DNA of 32,000 nt, taken from Planctopirus limnophila DSM 3776 (lineage in GTDB: Bacteria; Planctomycetota; Planctomycetia; Planctomycetales; Planctomycetaceae). Below are positions 27,480 through 32,000 of this stretch, piece by piece. The notes under the pieces are model-generated. The model made no database searches. It was not told the origin of the DNA and saw only the letters and a list, made by a program, of their open reading frames with translations. The position numbers were made by a program, and so were the translations under genes. How positions within the stretch are numbered: the stretch's first letter is position 1; each line of letters starts with the position of its first letter. The stretch covers positions 2,100,001-2,132,000 of the forward strand of contig NC_014148.1 in assembly GCF_000092105.1 (NCBI RefSeq), read 5' to 3'.

Positions 27480-27852
27480 CGTGCAAAGACTTTCCATGAA
27501 AAGGTTCGAGATTCCATGCAGCAGGTCTCGCTGGTTAACGATTTGCTGGACATGGCCCTGGCCAGAGGACCGTGCTGCGAACCGGTCGTTACCGGCAAGC
27601 AGGCCCTGCAAACACATTTCTGCACGCTACAAAGCCTCTGAGCGCTTGGCAAGCAGTTGGCCTGTGAACATATTTTCATAACAGATTCACTTTTCCCCTC
27701 GACTTTCACTTAAAAAACAACTCTCGATGCTTGGCACTTCACTGCTCTCACCTCGAACTCTCCACGGCAAGCCAGAGAGCCGCTATACTCTGATTTCGAT
27801 CATTCACCGATCACGAAAGAGTTTGTCATTTACACTAAGGGTACCGGGCGTT

Positions 27853-29637
27853 ATGGCACTGCTGCAGATTCGAGATGCCTGCAAAAGTTATGGTTCGCAG
27901 ATTCTGCTCGACCATGCCGAAGCCACCATTTCTGAAGATGTCAAAGTCGGCTTTGTCGGCCGCAACGGCGCTGGCAAAAGTACCTTGCTGCGAGTTCTCC
28001 TGGGGGAAGAAGAACTCGACAGTGGCACCGTCTCGCGCCATCCGAATCTCCGGCTCGGCTACTTGCGCCAGCATGATGATTTTCGCCCCAACGAGTCGGC
28101 ACTCGAATTTCTCATGCGAGATAGTGGCCAGCCCGATTGGAAGTGCGGCGAAGTGGCCGGCCAGTTCGAACTCAAAGGGAGCTACCTCGACGGCCCAATT
28201 TCCAAACTTTCCGGCGGTTGGCAAACCCGCGTCAAACTGGCGGCACTTTTACTGCACGAACCCAATCTGCTGCTCCTGGACGAACCCACCAACTTTCTCG
28301 ATCTGCGTACGCAGATTCTGCTCGAACATTTTTTGAGAGGTTACAACGAAGCCTGTCTGATTGTTTCCCATGATCGCGCCTTTCTGGGTGCCACCTGTAC
28401 TCAGACTCTGGCACTCGCCCGCGGCAAGTTGACGATGTTCCCCGGCAAGATCGATGCCTATCTCGATTACGAGCGGGAACAGCGCGAGATCATAGAGCGC
28501 TCGAATGCCTCTGTCCTTGCCAAGCGTAAACATCTCGAAGAGTTTATCGCTAAGAACAAAGCCCGCGCGAGTACAGCCACCCAGGCTCGTTCAAAAACCA
28601 AACAGCTCGAACGTCTTGAATTGCAGGATGTTGAAGCCGACGAGGCCACTGCTTGTATTCGCGCACCCATGATCGAACCTCGGCAAGGCCCGGCTGTCCG
28701 CTGCAAAGAAATGGCGATTGGCTACGCCGAAAGAAAAATTGCCGAGGATATCACCCTCGAAATCGATCACGGCTCGCGTGCTGCCATTGTGGGTGACAAT
28801 GGTCAGGGGAAAACCACCTTTTTGCGAACGATTGTCAATTCGCTCAAGCCACTGGCTGGCGAACTCCGCTGGGGACACGGCTGCCAGGTCGGTGTCTATG
28901 CGCAACACGTCTATTCCACTTTACCACCAGAAAAGACTGTCATTCAGTATCTGGAAGAAACCGCAGCGCCTCTCACACGTACGCAAACAGTTCTGGATAT
29001 TGCCGGCGCGTTTCTGTTCCGTGGTGCCCATGTCGAAAAGAAAATCAGTGTGCTTTCGGGTGGTGAGCGCGCGCGGCTCTGTCTCGCGGGCATGCTGCTC
29101 AGTCAATACAACGTCATGGTGCTTGACGAACCGGGTAACCACCTCGATGTGGAGACCGTGGAAGCCTTGGCAGATGCTTTGGTGAACTACAAAGGGACCG
29201 TGATTTTCACCACACACGACCGCCACTTCATGAAGCGTGTCGCCACCTGTGTGATCGAAGTCAAAGATGGTCGAGTCACCAATTACAATGGCGATTACGA
29301 CGCTTATGTTTACGCCGTCAATAAAGAAATCGACGACGGAGAGCGTGAGGCCAATGCCGGAAAAATGGCCAAAGCACCAGCGGCAGTCCTCGCCCCGAAA
29401 GCCGTGAAACCCAAAGGTAAAGACGACCGCGCCCTGCGAAAAGAACTTCAGACCTGCGAGCGAAACATTGCCAAACTCGATGAGCAGAAGAAATCACTCA
29501 CTCAATCACTCTCAAACGAAGCTGACGCCAAAAAGGCCTTAGAGCTCCACAATCAGCTCGAAGACATCACCAGCCAGTTGACTCAGGCTGAAGAACGCTG
29601 GTGTGAGATTCAGGAAGAGCTGGGCGAAGGCTGGTAG
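27853..29637 (+). CDS. ABC-F family ATPase (two ABC domains, C-terminal coiled coil)
   Basis: Two Walker A motifs (GRNGAGKST, GDNGQGKTT), two signature motifs (LSGGWQ, LSGGER), and a linker typical of ABC-F. There are no TM segments. I chose the start at ATG 27853 (MALLQIRDACKSYG). Confidence 0.95.
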   Translation: MALLQIRDACKSYGSQILLDHAEATISEDVKVGFVGRNGAGKSTLLRVLLGEEELDSGTVSRHPNLRLGYLRQHDDFRPNESALEFLMRDSGQPDWKCGEVAGQFELKGSYLDGPISKLSGGWQTRVKLAALLLHEPNLLLLDEPTNFLDLRTQILLEHFLRGYNEACLIVSHDRAFLGATCTQTLALARGKLTMFPGKIDAYLDYEREQREIIERSNASVLAKRKHLEEFIAKNKARASTATQARSKTKQLERLELQDVEADEATACIRAPMIEPRQGPAVRCKEMAIGYAERKIAEDITLEIDHGSRAAIVGDNGQGKTTFLRTIVNSLKPLAGELRWGHGCQVGVYAQHVYSTLPPEKTVIQYLEETAAPLTRTQTVLDIAGAFLFRGAHVEKKISVLSGGERARLCLAGMLLSQYNVMVLDEPGNHLDVETVEALADALVNYKGTVIFTTHDRHFMKRVATCVIEVKDGRVTNYNGDYDAYVYAVNKEIDDGEREANAGKMAKAPAAVLAPKAVKPKGKDDRALRKELQTCERNIAKLDEQKKSLTQSLSNEADAKKALELHNQLEDITSQLTQAEERWCEIQEELGEGW

Positions 29638-29642
29638 GCCGA

Positions 29643-31049
29643 TCAATTCTGTCCTTCATCCGCAGTCGCTGGTAAAGCCTTGCTGATCAGCACGATACCG
29701 AGAATTGCCGAGACGGTTGAACCCATCAACGTCCCCAGCTTCCCTGCGGATATAAGACTTTCTGGAAGTGCGAGCGATCCCAGGAATAGTGACATCGTAA
29801 AGCCAATCCCCGCGAGACATGCCCCACCCAGATACAGCTTCCAGTTCACACCGTCGGGGAGTTTGGCCAGACCAACCAGTACTGCCAGAAACGACAGCCC
29901 GAAAATCCCGACGGGTTTTCCAACAGCTAACCCCAAAGCCACACAAAGAGAAACCGGTTCAAAAGCTTTACTGAAATCCAAAGGGACACCGGCATTCGCC
30001 AGGGCAAACAGGGGCATGATCAGAAATGCCACCCACGGGTGGAGCGCATGCTCAAGTCGATACAGTGGTGCAATGCTTTCTCGCGTGGCGAATTCGGCTT
30101 CTGCCAGATCATCGTGCATGGTTTTATGCAGGGGAATTGGCTTTCCAGGTTTCGGGGATTCCTGATCAGAATCGGACTGAAACTTTTTCAATTCATCCGT
30201 CAGTCGCTTCAGAACAGCAGTCAACGTCTCATACGGCACCCAGGCTTTTGACGGGGTCATCAGACCGAGGATCACACCGGCAATCGTGGGATGGACGCCC
30301 GATTTCAACACCGCCAGCCACGTCACACCACCCACAACGACATACAGCCAGACATTCCGCACGCCGACTCGATTCATCAGGAAAGTAAGTGTGATCCCCA
30401 CGGCGGCGACAAACAGTCCCACGAGGGCCAGTTTTTCGGTGAAGAGGACAGCAATCAATATGACGGCCCCCAGGTCGTCCACAATGGCCAGCGAGAGCAG
30501 CAGAATTTTCAGACCAATGGGGACTCGATTTCCAAAGAGCGAGAGCATGCCGACCACAAAGGCGATATCAGTCGCCATCGGAATGGTCCAGCCCTTCATT
30601 GCTTCTGGCGGAACGCGAAAAACCTGACTAGCTCCCAGAAAGACGAGGGCAGGGACGATCATCCCGCCAATCGCTGCAATAATCGGGAGTGCTGCCTTGC
30701 GAAGATCACTCAACTCTCCTGAAACGATCTCCCGCTTGATCTCTAAACCGACAACGAAAAAGAAGATCGTCATCAGGCCATCATTGATGACATGGAGAAA
30801 ATCCTTCTTCAGAACAAAATCACCAAAGCCAATGAAACAGGATGTTTCCCAGATATGCAGAAATTGCTCACTCCAGGGAGAATTGGCTGCAATCAGCGCG
30901 AAGGCCGTAGCGGCTACCAGGAGCAGGCCACTTGTCGCCTGGAGCTTCAAGAATCGTCTGACGGGCGATAACCAGCCCGCAATCTGGCTGGCAGGTAACA
31001 AACGATCTGCCGCTTGCTCGGACACAGGACGATCACCTGGGTTTGCCAT
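29643..31049 (-). CDS. nhaA: Na+/H+ antiporter NhaA
   Basis: NhaA hallmarks are present: FFFVVGLEIKRE, LAIVDDLGAV, and PLFALANAGV. The protein is polytopic throughout. Confidence 0.95.
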   Translation of the reverse strand: MANPGDRPVSEQAADRLLPASQIAGWLSPVRRFLKLQATSGLLLVAATAFALIAANSPWSEQFLHIWETSCFIGFGDFVLKKDFLHVINDGLMTIFFFVVGLEIKREIVSGELSDLRKAALPIIAAIGGMIVPALVFLGASQVFRVPPEAMKGWTIPMATDIAFVVGMLSLFGNRVPIGLKILLLSLAIVDDLGAVILIAVLFTEKLALVGLFVAAVGITLTFLMNRVGVRNVWLYVVVGGVTWLAVLKSGVHPTIAGVILGLMTPSKAWVPYETLTAVLKRLTDELKKFQSDSDQESPKPGKPIPLHKTMHDDLAEAEFATRESIAPLYRLEHALHPWVAFLIMPLFALANAGVPLDFSKAFEPVSLCVALGLAVGKPVGIFGLSFLAVLVGLAKLPDGVNWKLYLGGACLAGIGFTMSLFLGSLALPESLISAGKLGTLMGSTVSAILGIVLISKALPATADEGQN

Positions 31050-31248
31050 CGATGAAGGATTCCTTGAGTCGGAAGTGAAGACATACGCCGAAGGTCAACT
31101 CGTCTCACCAGGTTGAGTATCAATTCTCAACATGGTGATGCGAGAGGTACCACAGCGGCGCCTCGGAGAAAACCTCAACCACCCGCGAAAAGACCTCGCA
31201 TGCAAAGATCCGCAGCTATCAATCCCTGATGGCCACACAACTGACGAC

Positions 31249-32000
31249 CTAAATTGACCCGCCGCGTTTGGCCTCAAGTTCTTCCCAGCGGGCGTAAGCG
31301 GTCTGTAGTTCTTGATGCAGTCGATTTAACCTCTCCGTGACAGTCGCCACATCCTGAGGAGACTGCTTGAAGAACTCAGGTTGCCCCATGCGGGTTTCGA
31401 GATTTGCCTGCTCCAACTCGAGCGATTCAATCCTGGCAGGAAGCTCAATCAGTTCTTTGTCTTCCTTAAAGCTCAGAGATTTTCCCTTTTTGGCTGCCGG
31501 TTGATTGGCGACAGGTGCTGCCTGAGCCACAACAGGTGTGTTCTGCCGAACAGACTTCTGGGCCAGCCAGTCATCATACCCGCCGACATACTCATTGACG
31601 GAACCCTCGCCCTCAAAGACGAGAGTCTGCGTGACCACATTGTTGATGAACTGCCGGTCATGACTGACAAGCAGCACTGTTCCGGGATACTCGACCAGCA
31701 AGTCTTCCAGCAATTCGAGAGTTTCGGCATCGAGATCGTTGGTCGGTTCGTCGAGAACCAGCAGGTTCGATGGCTTCGAGAACAATCGGGCTAACAATAA
31801 ACGATTGCGCTCACCTCCCGAGAGATACTTCACCAGCGTCCTGGATCTTTCCGGGGAGAAGAGAAAATCCTCCAGGTACCCAATGACATGTCTCCGGCGG
31901 CCATTGATCTCAATCATGTCCGCCCCGGGCGACACATTCTCCTGCACAGAAAGATCATCATTGAGCTGTGCCCTCAACTGGTCGAAATAAGCAATCTCCA
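31249..32000 (-). CDS. uup: ABC-F ATPase, Uup-like, C-terminal part (5' end lies outside the window)
   Basis: The frame is open to the right edge (…EIAYFDQLRAQLNDD…). LSGGERNRLLLARLF, LVLDEPTNDLD, VSHDRQF, and a C-terminal coiled coil. Confidence 0.85.
   Translation of the reverse strand, partial: EIAYFDQLRAQLNDDLSVQENVSPGADMIEINGRRRHVIGYLEDFLFSPERSRTLVKYLSGGERNRLLLARLFSKPSNLLVLDEPTNDLDAETLELLEDLLVEYPGTVLLVSHDRQFINNVVTQTLVFEGEGSVNEYVGGYDDWLAQKSVRQNTPVVAQAAPVANQPAAKKGKSLSFKEDKELIELPARIESLELEQANLETRMGQPEFFKQSPQDVATVTERLNRLHQELQTAYARWEELEAKRGGSI

Noticed and set aside
27732-27746. TGGCACttcacTGCT upstream of the ABC-F gene looked like a sigma-54 promoter.
   Set aside because: The GG-to-GC distance is 11 nt, not the required 12, and the -12 element reads TGCT rather than TTGC.
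1-32000. I searched for CRISPR arrays, IS or transposon ends, integrases, prophage genes, retron/RT genes, toxin-antitoxin pairs and known defence-system signatures.
   Set aside because: The only repeats seen are two short triplet tandem repeats (18 bp x3 and 15 bp x3). There are no spacer-repeat arrays, no recombinase, transposase or RT motifs, and no nuclease/ATPase pairs typical of defence islands. The window looks like core chromosome.

Overview
This looks like an ordinary chromosomal region of a Planctomycetota genome, probably Planctomycetaceae-like, at about 52-54% GC. The assignment rests on two type-IV-pilin-like DUF1559 / H-X9-DG genes, a formylglycine-type sulfatase, a ThuA-domain protein, a Tat-signal sugar isomerase and a DUF1570/MA-clan peptidase. 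I call 26 protein-coding genes. Most are housekeeping or typical planctomycete periplasmic and carbohydrate functions: ftsH (partial), panB, trxB, nhaA, two ABC-F ATPases, a polyprenol-phosphate mannose synthase, an M24 peptidase, a 3-beta-HSD-family dehydrogenase, an L-fucose mutarotase next to an L-galactose/L-fucose-dehydrogenase-like AKR, and YaiI. I found no rRNA, no credible tRNA, no CRISPR array, no transposase or integrase, and no recognisable defence, toxin-antitoxin or secretion-system operon. I therefore cannot honestly claim a clear new multi-gene system here. The items most worth a second look are: (1) an orphan sigma-54 enhancer-binding protein whose receiver domain has Glu at the phospho-acceptor Asp position; (2) a 940-bp ORF-poor gap between panB and trxB holding a perfect 26-bp palindrome flanked by ATGTGATA repeats, a TGGCA-N7-TGCCA element that fits the sigma-54 -24/-12 consensus in both orientations, and terminator-like hairpins, which makes it a candidate small-RNA or regulatory locus; (3) a duplicated 'DUF1559 pilin-like protein + small lipoprotein' module; (4) two unusual low-complexity envelope proteins. 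All functional calls come from reading motifs by eye, with no database search.
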